DNA from: Vulcanimicrobiota bacterium | GTDB taxonomy: Bacteria > Vulcanimicrobiota > Vulcanimicrobiia > Vulcanimicrobiales > Vulcanimicrobiaceae | NCBI GenBank assembly: GCA_963820825.1 | Contig: CAWGBN010000008.1 | Coordinates: 256,001 to 320,000, forward strand | DNA: 64,000 bases | Direction: 5' to 3' | Shown: positions 1-10,649 of the stretch, one piece after another | Position numbering within the stretch: position 1 is the first letter of the stretch | Layout of the letters: the number at the start of each line of letters is the position of its first letter | Program-made: the position numbers and the translations under genes | Notes under the pieces: generated by a model | The model's input: the letters and a program-made list of their open reading frames with translations, nothing else | Database searches by the model: none | Told to the model about the DNA's origin: nothing

Positions 1-666
1 GCTCAGGTGCACGTGCGCGAGCGTGCCGCTGGGATACCACATCGTGAGAAACGCAACGTCCGGAACTAATGCGTGAACGCACGCGCCGAGCTGCAGCGCG
101 ACCGAGGCGGGCAGTTCGTCGAGAATGTAGTTGATGATCGAGACGTCGTGCGGCGCCAGATCCCAAACCACGTTGCTCTCTTGAAAGAGCCCGAGATTCA
201 CGCGTGTCGAGTCGACGTAGTAGATGTTCCCCAGCTCGCCCGAGTCGCGCAACGCGCGCAGCTTCTCGACCGAGCCGGTATAAAGAAAGGTATGATCGGT
301 CATGAGGCGCACGCCGGCGCGGCGCGCACGCTCGCAGAGATCCTGGGCGTCGGCGAACGACTCGGCGATCGGCTTCTCCACCAGCACGTGCTTGCCGGCC
401 TCGATCGCGCGCGCCGCGAGTTCGTGATGGGTGCGCGGCGGCGTGGCGAGCGCTACCGCATCGACGCTCGAATCGCCGAGCGCCGACTCGATCGACGCAT
501 GACCGGCGACGGTCGGGTAGAGCCGTAAGAGCCGCTCGAGCCGCTCGCGATCGCGCTCCACGACGCAACGAACCGACCACTCTTCGGAGGCGTAGAAATT
601 CCGAACCAGATTCGGTCCCCAGTAGCCGGCTCCAACGACCGCTATGCCAAGCGGCTTCTTCGCCAT
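1..666 (-). CDS. Gfo/Idh/MocA family NAD-dependent oxidoreductase (runs off the window edge)
   Basis: Manual translation from ATG 666: MAKKPLGIAVVGAGYWGPNLVRNF...GKHVLVEKP...WDLAPHD. Has Rossmann, EKP and DxxxH motifs. Absent from the ORF track because no stop lies in the window. Confidence 0.9.
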   Translation of the reverse strand, partial: MAKKPLGIAVVGAGYWGPNLVRNFYASEEWSVRCVVERDRERLERLLRLYPTVAGHASIESALGDSSVDAVALATPPRTHHELAARAIEAGKHVLVEKPIAESFADAQDLCERARRAGVRLMTDHTFLYTGSVEKLRALRDSGELGNIYYVDSTRVNLGLFQESNVVWDLAPHDVSIINYILDELPASVALQLGACVHALVPDVAFLTMWYPSGTLAHVHLS

Positions 667-688
667 GCGCGCGAGCCGAAAGAAGCGG

Positions 689-1810
689 CTAGGCGACGAC
701 GAGCGGCTGCGCGCTCGCGAGCGCGTCGGCGACGAGATCGATCTGCTCGTCGGTGAGCTCGGGGAACATCGGAAGCGATAGGATCCGTTCGGCACCGCGT
801 TCGGTCTGCGGGAATGCACCGCGCGCGAGCCCCAACTCGGCGTAGGCCGGCTGGAGATGAATCGGTATCGGATAGTGGATTCCGGTCGCAATTCCTCGCT
901 CGCGCAATATCGCCGCGACGCGGTCGCGATGCTCGACTTCGATCACGTAGAGATGGTAGACGTGCGCCTCTCGTGCAAGGCTCGCCGGCGTCTTGATGCC
1001 GATCTTCGAAAGCCGCGCGTCGTAGGCAGCCGCGTGACGCCGTCTCGCCGCATTCCACTCGTCGAGGTGCCGCAGCTTTACGTCGAGCACCGCGGCCTGA
1101 ATCGAGTCGAGCCGGCAGTTGCCGCCTTTGATCAGGTGCTCGTACTTCTTGCGCTGTCCGAAATCGCGCAAAAGGCGAAGGCGATCGGCGAGCGTCGCGT
1201 CTGAAGTAACGACCGCACCGCCGTCACCGTAGGCGCCGAGATTCTTGCCGGGATAGAAGCTAAACGCGGCAACGTCGCCGAAGCTGCCGGCGCGACGGCC
1301 GTTCCAGCGCGCGCCGTGTGCCTGGCACGCGTCCTCGACGATATAGATGCCGTGGCGTCGGGCAAAGGCGACGATCGGCTCCATCGGCACGATCTGCCCG
1401 TAGAGGTGGACCGGCATGATCGCCTTCGTTCGCGGCGTCAGCGCGCCCTCGAGGAGCGCGGGATCGATTAAATAATTTGCGTCGACGTCGACCAGCACCG
1501 GCCGCGCACCGGCCGCGGAGACGGCGAGCGCCGATGCAATATACGTATTCGCCGGAACGATCACGTCGTCGCCGGAGCCGATGCCGAGCACCTCGAGCGC
1601 AAACTGTACCGCCGCAGTTCCCGACTCGACGCCGATGCAATGATCGACGCCGACGTACGCCGCAAAGTTCTCCTCGAAAGCGGCGACGTCGGGCCCGAGG
1701 ATGAAGCTCGCATCCTCCATCACCTGCGTGATGCGCGGAAGAATCTCGCCGCGCAGCGAGCGGAACTGCGCTTTTAAATCGACAAACGGAACGAGCGTCG
1801 TCATCGTCAC
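689..1810 (-). CDS. DegT/DnrJ/EryC1/StrS family PLP-dependent sugar aminotransferase
   Basis: Motifs VPFVDL, SGTAA, PVHLYGQ, EDACQAHGA, FSFYPGKNLGAYGDGG (PLP lysine), IHYP. Confidence 0.95.
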   Translation of the reverse strand: MTMTTLVPFVDLKAQFRSLRGEILPRITQVMEDASFILGPDVAAFEENFAAYVGVDHCIGVESGTAAVQFALEVLGIGSGDDVIVPANTYIASALAVSAAGARPVLVDVDANYLIDPALLEGALTPRTKAIMPVHLYGQIVPMEPIVAFARRHGIYIVEDACQAHGARWNGRRAGSFGDVAAFSFYPGKNLGAYGDGGAVVTSDATLADRLRLLRDFGQRKKYEHLIKGGNCRLDSIQAAVLDVKLRHLDEWNAARRRHAAAYDARLSKIGIKTPASLAREAHVYHLYVIEVEHRDRVAAILRERGIATGIHYPIPIHLQPAYAELGLARGAFPQTERGAERILSLPMFPELTDEQIDLVADALASAQPLVVA

Positions 1811-4069
1811 TTACGGGCGCTTCGTCGGCGCGCGCACGAGCGCCTTCAGCAATGCGAGCGCGCAGAGAATAGCGACAAATTCGGCAATTGCTTGCGCGAC
1901 GGCACTCGCCTGCACGAGCAGTACCTTCTGCGGTGCCGCTCCAAGAAACCAACCGTTTATCGAGAGGTCGATGCGGACGTGGCGCAATAAACGCCCGCCC
2001 GCGAAGGCGAGCCAACCGGGATCGTAGCGTTCGTTGAACCGAAGGATCGGAGGCGTACGCCCCCTCCGATCGGTGGCCGCATCGACGACGTAGAGCCACG
2101 GAGCGATGCGGTGAAACGCGGGTGCGCGCGCGGGTGCGGCCGGCGCGTGCGGCGGCAGATGCGGGAGTTGCGGCGTCTGCGCGACGAGTTCGCAGAGTCC
2201 GCGGCATGCGACCGCGTCGACTCCGGAGGGGATCCATAGCCAGGTGAAGTCGCCGCCTCGTTGCGCGAGTATCCGTCCCCCTGCGGCTCGCAGCGATCCG
2301 CGCACGAATGCGAGCAGCCACGCATTCGACTCGACGCGCTGCGGCAGCGCCGACTGCGTCAGCGCACCGCCGATTGCTTGCGCGAGAGCGGGATACTCGG
2401 AGAATGCAAGTCGCGCGTCGATCCAGGCCGTGCGGGGATCGATCGAATCGCTCGGTGCGACGATCGGCGCAACGGCTGCGTAACCCCGAGCATCCCCGAA
2501 GAAGAGGTCGCAGGCATCGAGGCGATCCGCGAGCGACACGATCGGCAACGCCGAACACTCCGAGACGAGGGGAATCGCACCGCCGACGGATCGCACCGAC
2601 GAATCGCTGCGCGCCGGCAATCGCGGCGCGAGGGAGGTTGCCGCAAGTCCGATGCCGCCTTTCGCTTTCGAAACGAGCCAGGGCCGCGGTACGATCTCGC
2701 CGACGCCGAGCGCGCGCAGCGCCGCGACGTCATCGGATTGCTCGTAGCGCGCGAGCGCCATATCGACCGGATAGCTGGGAAAGTATTCGTTGAGGGTCGA
2801 GACGCCGCCGGGATAGTCGTGAACGTCCGGATCGGCTCCGCCGCCTGGACCGTCACGAAGTGCGAGCGGCTGAAATGCGGGGAGCAGCGCGACGCGCGTT
2901 AACGGCGGCGCGGCAATAGCCGGATGTGGATACGCGCCGGAGGCAACCCACAGATCGGCCGGCGGTCGAACGAGCCAGGTTACCGGCAGCGCAATGCCCG
3001 CAACCAGCGCGACGTACTCGAGCAGGCGCAGCCGCGCTGACGCAGCGCATGCGAGCAGCGCGATCAGCGCGGCGAAGACTCCCGCCAAATCGTAGAGCTC
3101 GCGAAAGACGCCGCTCTCGGGAACGTTGCGAACGGTCCACGCGTACGCCGCCGCGAGCGGCCCGTGCACGCCGAGCATAGCGACGTATACGAGCGTGGCT
3201 GCGACCGCGATCGGGATGACCGCACGCGAACGCCGCGCCACGACGATCCCGGTGACGGCAAGGGCGAGAACGGCCCCGACGCCGATCGACGCGGCGAGCC
3301 CGAGCCGGTCGGCGTAGCCGGGAAAGTAGCCGCCGAGCGAGAGCAGCGGCAGTGGCAGGACCGATTGATTCACCTGCCACTCCACGACGTACGGAATCCG
3401 TAAGAGCGTCGAACGTTCGGCGATTACTCCGACGATCGACGGCAGCGCGAAGATCGCGCCGAAGATCAACGGCTGCCACTTTCGCGTCGCGAAGGCAAAG
3501 AGCGCGAGCGCGAGCATCGCGAGTATGTAGAACTGAAGCTGCGCTTCGATCAACCCGACCCAAAGTGCGAGACGCACGCACGAGGCTTCGCGGCCGCGCA
3601 ACATTTCGGCGCAGAGGCCGATGAGCGCCGCATATGCCAACACCATCACGAGGTGCCCGGCGACGACTTCGTTGTAGACCCACGGATTGAAGAGCGTGAA
3701 GCAGCCGACGCCGATCGCGGCGAGCGTACCAGCGCCGAAGTAGCTCGCCGCCGCGGCAACGGTACGCATGCACGCGTATCCAATAACCGCGGCGAGCAGT
3801 GCGAGCGCGACGAGCGGTCCGAAGAGCCACATCGCCGCCGCAAGCGGTGGGCCGATGAGATAGGCCGTCGGATGCGGGTTCGGCGTTCCAAAGCCGGTGG
3901 AGAGCCAGCCGTCGATCGCGTCGCTGAGAAACGAGCCGATCGCGCTGCGATCGATCGGCCAGGCCCAGTCGTGCCGGAGTGTTGGAACTCCCTTCGCGAC
4001 GACGAAGGCCGCGAAGATCGCGGCGGCCGCAACCGAAGAGAGGCGGGCTAAGAGCGCAATCGCCGGCAT
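1811..4069 (-). CDS. Large polytopic membrane protein with extracytoplasmic domain, GT-C/AftD(YfhO)-like putative glycosyltransferase
   Basis: About 10-12 N-terminal TM segments (FNPWVYNEVVAGHL). C-terminal LRFNERYDPGW...INGW motif plus final TM resembles the C-terminus of 4824-8690. Start set at ATG 4069. Confidence 0.55.
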   Translation of the reverse strand: MPAIALLARLSSVAAAAIFAAFVVAKGVPTLRHDWAWPIDRSAIGSFLSDAIDGWLSTGFGTPNPHPTAYLIGPPLAAAMWLFGPLVALALLAAVIGYACMRTVAAAASYFGAGTLAAIGVGCFTLFNPWVYNEVVAGHLVMVLAYAALIGLCAEMLRGREASCVRLALWVGLIEAQLQFYILAMLALALFAFATRKWQPLIFGAIFALPSIVGVIAERSTLLRIPYVVEWQVNQSVLPLPLLSLGGYFPGYADRLGLAASIGVGAVLALAVTGIVVARRSRAVIPIAVAATLVYVAMLGVHGPLAAAYAWTVRNVPESGVFRELYDLAGVFAALIALLACAASARLRLLEYVALVAGIALPVTWLVRPPADLWVASGAYPHPAIAAPPLTRVALLPAFQPLALRDGPGGGADPDVHDYPGGVSTLNEYFPSYPVDMALARYEQSDDVAALRALGVGEIVPRPWLVSKAKGGIGLAATSLAPRLPARSDSSVRSVGGAIPLVSECSALPIVSLADRLDACDLFFGDARGYAAVAPIVAPSDSIDPRTAWIDARLAFSEYPALAQAIGGALTQSALPQRVESNAWLLAFVRGSLRAAGGRILAQRGGDFTWLWIPSGVDAVACRGLCELVAQTPQLPHLPPHAPAAPARAPAFHRIAPWLYVVDAATDRRGRTPPILRFNERYDPGWLAFAGGRLLRHVRIDLSINGWFLGAAPQKVLLVQASAVAQAIAEFVAILCALALLKALVRAPTKRP

Positions 4070-4824
4070 TCGATGGCGATGCCGACCGCGGCGCCGAGCG
4101 CCGCCGCGTAGGCCGCAACGGCAAACGGCTCCGAGAACGGCGCCGGAACGAGACTCGCGCAGATCATCGCGGCAACCGCCGTCAACGCCGCCAGCAGCGT
4201 TCCCCGATCGTGCAGTGCCGTTACGCGCAGCCAAACCGCACGCATCCAATCCCCGGTACTCGTCGGAACGAGCAACGAAGCCGCGATAAAGAGCGCGGCG
4301 AAGAGCATCAGCCGATAGACGGCCCAAACGAGGATCTCGGCGACGTCGCCACCGGCGACCGCTGCGAGACCTAATGCGGCCACCGCAACCAGCGCCGCAT
4401 ATCGCGACGCTCCGACGAGCGGACCGCCGCGCAAGAGCACGGAGTGCAGCGAGGCAAATGCGCCGGAGCGGGTGAGCACCGCGGTGCCGACGGCGATGAA
4501 GCAGAGCAGGATCGTCAGCGCTTCGGCGCCAGGCTGCGAGACGAGCGCGGCGACGATGCTCACGAAAATCACGATGCCGGTCGCGTAGGCCAGGAACGTC
4601 GGAAACGGCGGTGCCGCCACTGCAGGACTCTCCGCCGGCGCTTCGGGAGCGATGCGCAACGCGATCAACGCAATCGCCGCAACGATCGCCGCGAGATAGG
4701 CGGTCGTTGCAAAGCGTTCCGCGGCCTCGCCCGAGAGCGTCGTGGCGAGAATTAGCGCGACGACGCACGTGCCGATCGCAAACCGAACGGCGCGCCCAAG
4801 CGCCCATCGTGCAGCAGAGTTCAT
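4048..4824 (-). CDS. Hypothetical multi-pass membrane protein
   Basis: About 8 hydrophobic segments. ATG 4824 overlaps the upstream TGA. Confidence 0.65.
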   Translation of the reverse strand: MNSAARWALGRAVRFAIGTCVVALILATTLSGEAAERFATTAYLAAIVAAIALIALRIAPEAPAESPAVAAPPFPTFLAYATGIVIFVSIVAALVSQPGAEALTILLCFIAVGTAVLTRSGAFASLHSVLLRGGPLVGASRYAALVAVAALGLAAVAGGDVAEILVWAVYRLMLFAALFIAASLLVPTSTGDWMRAVWLRVTALHDRGTLLAALTAVAAMICASLVPAPFSEPFAVAAYAAALGAAVGIAIECRRLRS

Positions 4825-7800
4825 CACGGTTTGCCCGAGTCGATCGGCCAAAGCTCGGGCGCCCAGGCGAGTACGATCATGATGAGCAGCGCGATCACCG
4901 AGATGGCGCCCGAGATCAAGTAATACGCCTGTCCCGCGAAGGTGAGAGCGATTTGGCCGCCCGACGGAAGGCTCGGCACGATCCAGCCGTTGGCGACGCC
5001 GTTCACGACGACGTGCGGTAAGACCACTCCGTCGAGCGTTGCCTTCCACTCGGGATGGAACGCTTCGTTGAATACGAGCAGGAACGGATTGGCGCCATTC
5101 CTCGCGGTAACGTCGACGCTGGTCGCCGATTTGCGGTGCCACACGAGCGGGAAGTCCTGCGTGCGCGCCAGATTGACGGGTTCGAGCGTCAGCAGTCCGA
5201 TCTTAACTTGCCGGTCGCCGCTGGCGATGCGATGGCGCCCGCGGGCGAGGAAGACCGGCGCTCTGCCGACGACTCGGCCGTCGACGAAAAGCGGCAGGTT
5301 CTCGAGCGAGGCCGGCCGGTGCAGGTTCTGCGCCGGCATCGCGTGCACCGTGTAATAGACGCCGCTGAAACGCGCGCGAGCCGATGTAGCGACGAGCCAG
5401 ATTCCGGCGACGCGCTGCGACGCGTCGCTCCAATCGTTCGGAAACGCGTGCATGAAGTGGATATCGAACGAACCGTCGCGCGCGATTGGGAAGAGGCGGT
5501 ACTGCGCGCGTCCGTTGCCCGCGAGCGCGACGGCAAGCGCCGCGCCGAGACTCCCCGTGTTCGCCGCATTGCCGATAATCTCCGGATCGGTAATGACGCC
5601 GTCGTGCGGAAGGCCGACGGCGAACGCGGTCAACGATTTACCGGCGTTGGGCGATCCGTGCGCGGCCCGCGCGCCGATTCGCGTAAACTCGAGATCCGGT
5701 GCGACCGCTGCCGCGATCACGTCGGCTCCGAGGTCGGCACGTTCGCCGCCATTCGGACGAAAAGCGAAGGCGACGTCGTTCCAGCCGGGACGTAAGTCGA
5801 GCGGGAAGCGAATCTCCACCGGAGCCGGACCGTCGAGCCGCCCGATCGTATCGTAGGCTTGGCCGTCGGCAGCGGGGCCGGGGACCTGCACGCGCTGCGG
5901 CGATCCGCCGTTGACGGTCACGGTCATCGTGTCGGCAACTTGCAAACGGCTTATTCGCATCGAGACCTGCGCGCGAGCGCCGCTGCTTCCCGGTACGAAG
6001 ACGCGCAATGCAGCGTGACGCGAGAAGAGAAACCACGAGATCGGATCGCCGCGCTGCCATTGGTAAACCGTTGGGTCGTCGCGATACCACTGCGTGGGCA
6101 TCATCAACTCCGACGTGCCGGCGATGCCGCTTCCCAAAACGTACGGCAGGTTCGTTGCGAGATTGCCGGCAAAGGCGCCGGCGACCCGGCGTACCTCGGT
6201 GCGAACGAGACCGTCCGGACCGAACGGTCCAACGGCCGTCGCTCGGATGCGATACCTACCCGGCGCGCCGATCGTGACGCCGGCTTGGCGTGCGTAGACC
6301 AGACTCGCCGTGGCGAGGTTCTTCGGCAGCGCGCGCGTCAGCGCGCCGATGCGGCTCTCCCACGCCCGCAGATCGTCGGTGGCGACGATGGCGACGACGA
6401 GGTCCGGATCGAGATACCCGTCGGAGACCCAGTGCTTCCCCTGCGTCAGCGCGACGTTGCCGTAACTGGCCCACGCGCCACCTGAAGACTTCGCCGAGAG
6501 GTATTTTCCGTCGACGACGAGCGTCTGCGGAGCCGGGCGGCTGAACAGCAGCGATTGATCGAGTGCAAAGATCGAATAGTCGCCGGTCGCCTTGACGTCG
6601 AAGTGCGTAAGCCAGGCCGCATCCGCCGAGGGCGGATGGACGCGAATGCCGTGCGTCAGCGCCTGCTTGACGGCGAGGTCGCGAATCTGTTCGCTGGAAC
6701 CCGGCAGGATCGGCGAGAGCGACTCCATCGACGTCGAGAACTCGTCTGCCGAACGCGATGGTGGATCGAACTGCGCCCGGCCTTTTGCCATTCCTTCGAC
6801 GTCGCCGAGGTATCCGTCGGAGAAGAGCGGCAGGGTGCTGATCACGGGATGGGCCACGCCGTAGATCAGCGGTAAAGCACCGCCGAGATGGTAGACGCGC
6901 AACGGGCCGTCAGCGCGTACGGGCGCGGCGCCTACGATGCGGTGCAGCAGATCGTGGGTGAGCGTCGTGCTGTTGAAGCGCCATTCACCGGGCGAACTAA
7001 AATCGATCGCCGGAATGAAGTCGTCGCGCTGAAGGATCGTATCGACTCCCATGACGCGATACATGTCGGCCGAGAACGGCAAGCCTTCGCGGGTTGCCCG
7101 ATAGGCGCGGCGCACCCACATGTCGGTCCCCTCCGACGGTTCGCTGCCGAGCAATCCGTAAATCAGCGGGCGGTTTATCAGCGAGTCCTCGATGTAGAAC
7201 TGCGGGTTTCCCCAATCGAACTGCTCGAGAAACTGCGTCGGGAAGAGCGCGACGCGCTGGCGTTGACCGGAGCCGACGAGCGCGCTCTCGCGATACTCCC
7301 ATGCCGGAAGCGGCTCTCCGGGATAGTTCATCTTGGAGACGATCACCGGGATGAAGATGAGAATCGGCAGCGCGATGACCGCGGTCCTCGCCGCCGATAC
7401 CAGCCACGCACGCCTGCGCCGTTCCGCGGCGGCGAGCTTGCCGATCTGCTCGCGCAAGGCGGCGATCAGCGCGTTGGCACCGAGCGCGTAGAGTCCGCAA
7501 ATCCCGAACTCGACGCCGGCGACCCACTTGTACGAGAAGCGGAACATTTGGAAGCCGGGGAAGTTGCGGTAGAACTGGTCGTAGAGGGGCGTGGTCACCG
7601 CATCGCCGAGCTGGTCGTGATAGTAGCCGACCACGATCGGAACCGAGACGAGTGTGACGATCAAAAAGAAGAGCGTCGCAGGGCGCTGATTGCGCCGGAA
7701 GGCGACGCCGCCGAACGCAACGATGGGAACGAACCAGAGCAGCGCGCCGAAGAGCCCCGATGCGTACGCCGCGGCCCACGGGAAGTACGCCCGTCCGGCA

Positions 7801-8690
7801 AACGAAACGAAGGTTGCCCAATGGCCGAGCCCGCGCAGGACGTTGGCGAACGAGGTTGCGGCGTTGTGCATCGACGGCGCTTCGCTCAGGACGCCGTTGA
7901 GCCAGACGCCGCGGAAGTAGTCGACGAACGGAACGAGCCAGTAGAGGTTGATCGCGATCGTCGCGATCGCCGCGGCGACGACGACGGGGGCGGTTCGTGC
8001 GATCGCGGCCGAGGGTTTCGGATCGAAGGCGATCGTGACGACGACGAAGATCGCGAGAACGGCGACGTTGATCGCGACGAGCGGCGGATTCGCGCCGCCG
8101 CCGAGCAGCACGAGCAGCGCAACCGCGAGCGACGCGCGCCAGAGATTCATCTCGCCGCGGATCGCGCGCGCGGTCACGCCGATCATCGCCGGCAGAACGC
8201 CATAGGTCAGCAGCCATACGATCTGCGCCTGCGAGTTCAGCGCGACGTACATATTGAAGAGATATGCGCAGGAGCCGGCGATCCGCGCGATCTCGTCAAG
8301 CCACGGCGCGACGCTGCGCAGGCAGTAGTACATCGACCAGAGGCACCCGAGATAGACGAAGAAGACGGCGACGTGCTGCGCGACGTCTTGCGGAACGTGC
8401 AGCACCTGCGCGAGACCGTAGAACCACGAGTACGGCATTTGGTACGGCACCCAGAATCCGGTGTGCGTACCCATCGCGAGCAGCGGATTCCATGCGTGCA
8501 GCAGCCGCCCCAAAAACTCCAGCGGATTGATGTGGAGTCCGGCCTGCCCGTCGTTGAGCTGGACGCCGCTTCCGTACCCGGTCGTTACCAGGAGGGCGAG
8601 CACGACGAAGAGCGCCGGCACCAGCGCTCGCTGCAGCGTTGCGAGCCGCTCGGCGGCAAATGCCGGCGATCGCGCGGTCTGCTCCTTCAC
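4824..8690 (-). CDS. AftD/DUF3367-like GT-C glycosyltransferase with large extracytoplasmic region
   Basis: N-terminus INPLEFLGRLLHAWNP...MPYSWFYGLAQVLHVPQDVAQH resembles the AftD N-terminus. C-terminus LVFNEAFHPEWKA...VVVNGVANGWIVP...IALTF plus TM. GTG 8690 overlaps the upstream stop. Confidence 0.7.
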   Translation of the reverse strand: MKEQTARSPAFAAERLATLQRALVPALFVVLALLVTTGYGSGVQLNDGQAGLHINPLEFLGRLLHAWNPLLAMGTHTGFWVPYQMPYSWFYGLAQVLHVPQDVAQHVAVFFVYLGCLWSMYYCLRSVAPWLDEIARIAGSCAYLFNMYVALNSQAQIVWLLTYGVLPAMIGVTARAIRGEMNLWRASLAVALLVLLGGGANPPLVAINVAVLAIFVVVTIAFDPKPSAAIARTAPVVVAAAIATIAINLYWLVPFVDYFRGVWLNGVLSEAPSMHNAATSFANVLRGLGHWATFVSFAGRAYFPWAAAYASGLFGALLWFVPIVAFGGVAFRRNQRPATLFFLIVTLVSVPIVVGYYHDQLGDAVTTPLYDQFYRNFPGFQMFRFSYKWVAGVEFGICGLYALGANALIAALREQIGKLAAAERRRRAWLVSAARTAVIALPILIFIPVIVSKMNYPGEPLPAWEYRESALVGSGQRQRVALFPTQFLEQFDWGNPQFYIEDSLINRPLIYGLLGSEPSEGTDMWVRRAYRATREGLPFSADMYRVMGVDTILQRDDFIPAIDFSSPGEWRFNSTTLTHDLLHRIVGAAPVRADGPLRVYHLGGALPLIYGVAHPVISTLPLFSDGYLGDVEGMAKGRAQFDPPSRSADEFSTSMESLSPILPGSSEQIRDLAVKQALTHGIRVHPPSADAAWLTHFDVKATGDYSIFALDQSLLFSRPAPQTLVVDGKYLSAKSSGGAWASYGNVALTQGKHWVSDGYLDPDLVVAIVATDDLRAWESRIGALTRALPKNLATASLVYARQAGVTIGAPGRYRIRATAVGPFGPDGLVRTEVRRVAGAFAGNLATNLPYVLGSGIAGTSELMMPTQWYRDDPTVYQWQRGDPISWFLFSRHAALRVFVPGSSGARAQVSMRISRLQVADTMTVTVNGGSPQRVQVPGPAADGQAYDTIGRLDGPAPVEIRFPLDLRPGWNDVAFAFRPNGGERADLGADVIAAAVAPDLEFTRIGARAAHGSPNAGKSLTAFAVGLPHDGVITDPEIIGNAANTGSLGAALAVALAGNGRAQYRLFPIARDGSFDIHFMHAFPNDWSDASQRVAGIWLVATSARARFSGVYYTVHAMPAQNLHRPASLENLPLFVDGRVVGRAPVFLARGRHRIASGDRQVKIGLLTLEPVNLARTQDFPLVWHRKSATSVDVTARNGANPFLLVFNEAFHPEWKATLDGVVLPHVVVNGVANGWIVPSLPSGGQIALTFAGQAYYLISGAISVIALLIMIVLAWAPELWPIDSGKP

Positions 8691-9790
8691 GAGTGAGCCT
8701 TTCCATAGAGCCGGAACGGACCTTCCAGAGCGCCGGCGAGCCGCGGCGGAGGGCCGGCGAAGAGCTCGTCGACGTGCCGTATCACGCTCTCGAGCTCGAT
8801 ATCGCGGAGAATGCAACGATACTCGATGCGCCGCACGCACTCGAAGCCGCGCAGGCCTTCGTCGTGGCATGCGGGACAGAGGGACGGGCGTAACGCAACG
8901 GCCGGTCCAATCGGAGCTCCTCGAATTTCGCTAGTCATGCCGTACAGCGCGAGCGTCTTGACGCCGAGACCCGACGCGAGATGGCTAAAACCGGCGTCGT
9001 TGCCGACGAAGACTTCGCACTCCGCGAGCCGTCGCGCAGCATCTATGAGAGGCTCGCGGATGATGCTGATTCCCTCGCTGTGCCGAAAATCTTCCTCGGC
9101 CCGGCGAGCCTCGCTGACTTCGTGCGGCCCGAGAAAGAAACGCACGTTCCGCCCTTTCGCGGACTGCGCGCGCGCCAGCGCGACGAAACGTTCGTATGGC
9201 CAGCGCTTTACTTCGTTTCCTTTGTAGGCCATCGAGCCAGGGTGAATGCCCAGCGTACCCGGCCGCCGCTCCGATTGCCAGGAGGAAGGGACCCAATACT
9301 CGAGCTCGGCCGGATCGGGCGGCAGACCCGCGGCGCGCGCGAGGCGCAGATTCTCGGCGAGCCGATGGCCTCCGCGAAGCGGGACGCGCACGTTTCGCGC
9401 CGTTCGCGCGATCACCGTGGCGGCGCCGCCGTATTCGTGCAGAAAGAGCCGCCTCGCGCCGGCGCCCCGCGCGATGGCGGCGTACTGCCAGCGCGTGGCC
9501 GGAAAGGGGAGGATGCAGGCGTCGTAGCGGTTGCGGCGCAGCGAAGCGATCGCGCGCAGCGCGTTCGACGGACTCGGCCGCAACGGCAGCTCGACGATCC
9601 CGCGCACGATCCCGAGCGCGCGCAGATACTCGCTGACCGGCGGATGCATGGTGACGGCGTCGACCGTCCAGGCTTCGCGGCTCAAACCGCGCAGGATCGG
9701 ACCGGCGGCAAGCGCGTCGCCGAGCCCCGGCAGCAAGAGCACCAGCGCGGTACCGGAACCGGCGTTTTGGGCAGTGGCCGGTACGGCCAC
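8687..9790 (-). CDS. Glycosyltransferase family 9 (heptosyltransferase-like)
   Basis: GLGDAL, GIHPGS...KRWP, VGNDAGFSHLASGLGVKTLALYG and C-x2-C/C-x6-C tail. Start GTG 9790. Confidence 0.88.
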   Translation of the reverse strand: MAVPATAQNAGSGTALVLLLPGLGDALAAGPILRGLSREAWTVDAVTMHPPVSEYLRALGIVRGIVELPLRPSPSNALRAIASLRRNRYDACILPFPATRWQYAAIARGAGARRLFLHEYGGAATVIARTARNVRVPLRGGHRLAENLRLARAAGLPPDPAELEYWVPSSWQSERRPGTLGIHPGSMAYKGNEVKRWPYERFVALARAQSAKGRNVRFFLGPHEVSEARRAEEDFRHSEGISIIREPLIDAARRLAECEVFVGNDAGFSHLASGLGVKTLALYGMTSEIRGAPIGPAVALRPSLCPACHDEGLRGFECVRRIEYRCILRDIELESVIRHVDELFAGPPPRLAGALEGPFRLYGKAHS

Positions 9791-10587
9791 TAATCTCCGA
9801 TGATGATCGGGACGACGATTTCGTGCGACCCGGCGGTACGGTCGAGCCTTACCGTCACGCGCTCGGGCCGGTCGTAATAGCGCAGGATCCGCATTCGATA
9901 GAAGATCGCGAGCGTGTCGAGGAAGACGTTCCAGACGGCGCCGAGGCGAAGCCGGCTGCAGACGCGCTTGAAGTTCAGCGTTACCGGCGCCTCCGCAATG
10001 CGATAGCCGAAGTGATGAACGTTCGCCAGCAGCTCGAGATCGAAGGCGAACCGCTTGACGAGGATTCGCGGAAGGACGCGATCGAGCACCTCGCGTTTGA
10101 AGAGCTTGATGCCGGTCTGCGTGTCGCGCACGGGCAGACCGAAGAGCGCGCGCACCAATACGTAGTAAAAGAAACTGTAGACCCGGCGCTCCGGCGGGTA
10201 GTCCACGTTCGAATCGGGATGGAACTTCGAGCCGATGACGACGTCGGCGCTCGCCGACTCCATGATCGCGAAGAAACGTTCGAGCTGCTCGGGATGCAAA
10301 TCCATGTCGGCGTCGAGAAAGGCGACGCGGTCGCCCTTGGCATAGGAGGCGCCGCAGATCAGCGCGTTGCCCTTTCCTTCGTTGCGATTGCAGCGGACGA
10401 CGCGAACGCGCTCGGGGAACGCGCGCAGCGCGGCGCTCGCCGCGGTATGCGTACCGTCCATGCTGCCGTCGTCGATCACGACGATCTCGAAATCGATTCC
10501 GAGGGCGTGCATCGTCTCGACCGTCTCGCAAACGTTTTCGGCGATAGAATGCGCCTCATTGTAAGCGGGCATTAAGATCGAGAGCAT
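9790..10587 (-). CDS. Glycosyltransferase family 2 (polyprenol-phosphate sugar synthase-like)
   Basis: LSILMPAYNE, VIDDGSMDGT, NEGKG, FLDADM, DTQTGIK, FDLELL. Confidence 0.92.
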   Translation of the reverse strand: MLSILMPAYNEAHSIAENVCETVETMHALGIDFEIVVIDDGSMDGTHTAASAALRAFPERVRVVRCNRNEGKGNALICGASYAKGDRVAFLDADMDLHPEQLERFFAIMESASADVVIGSKFHPDSNVDYPPERRVYSFFYYVLVRALFGLPVRDTQTGIKLFKREVLDRVLPRILVKRFAFDLELLANVHHFGYRIAEAPVTLNFKRVCSRLRLGAVWNVFLDTLAIFYRMRILRYYDRPERVTVRLDRTAGSHEIVVPIIIGD

Positions 10588-10649
10588 CGAGTTGGAAGGT
10601 TTGCCCTGGAGAAAAACCTAGCCTGCCGGCCGGGCGGTAATTGTGAGCA

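Noticed and set aside
6888..8696. 602-aa antisense ORF and many similar long antisense ORFs across the window
   Set aside because: Mirror frames of strongly GC3-biased genes, with no recognisable domains.
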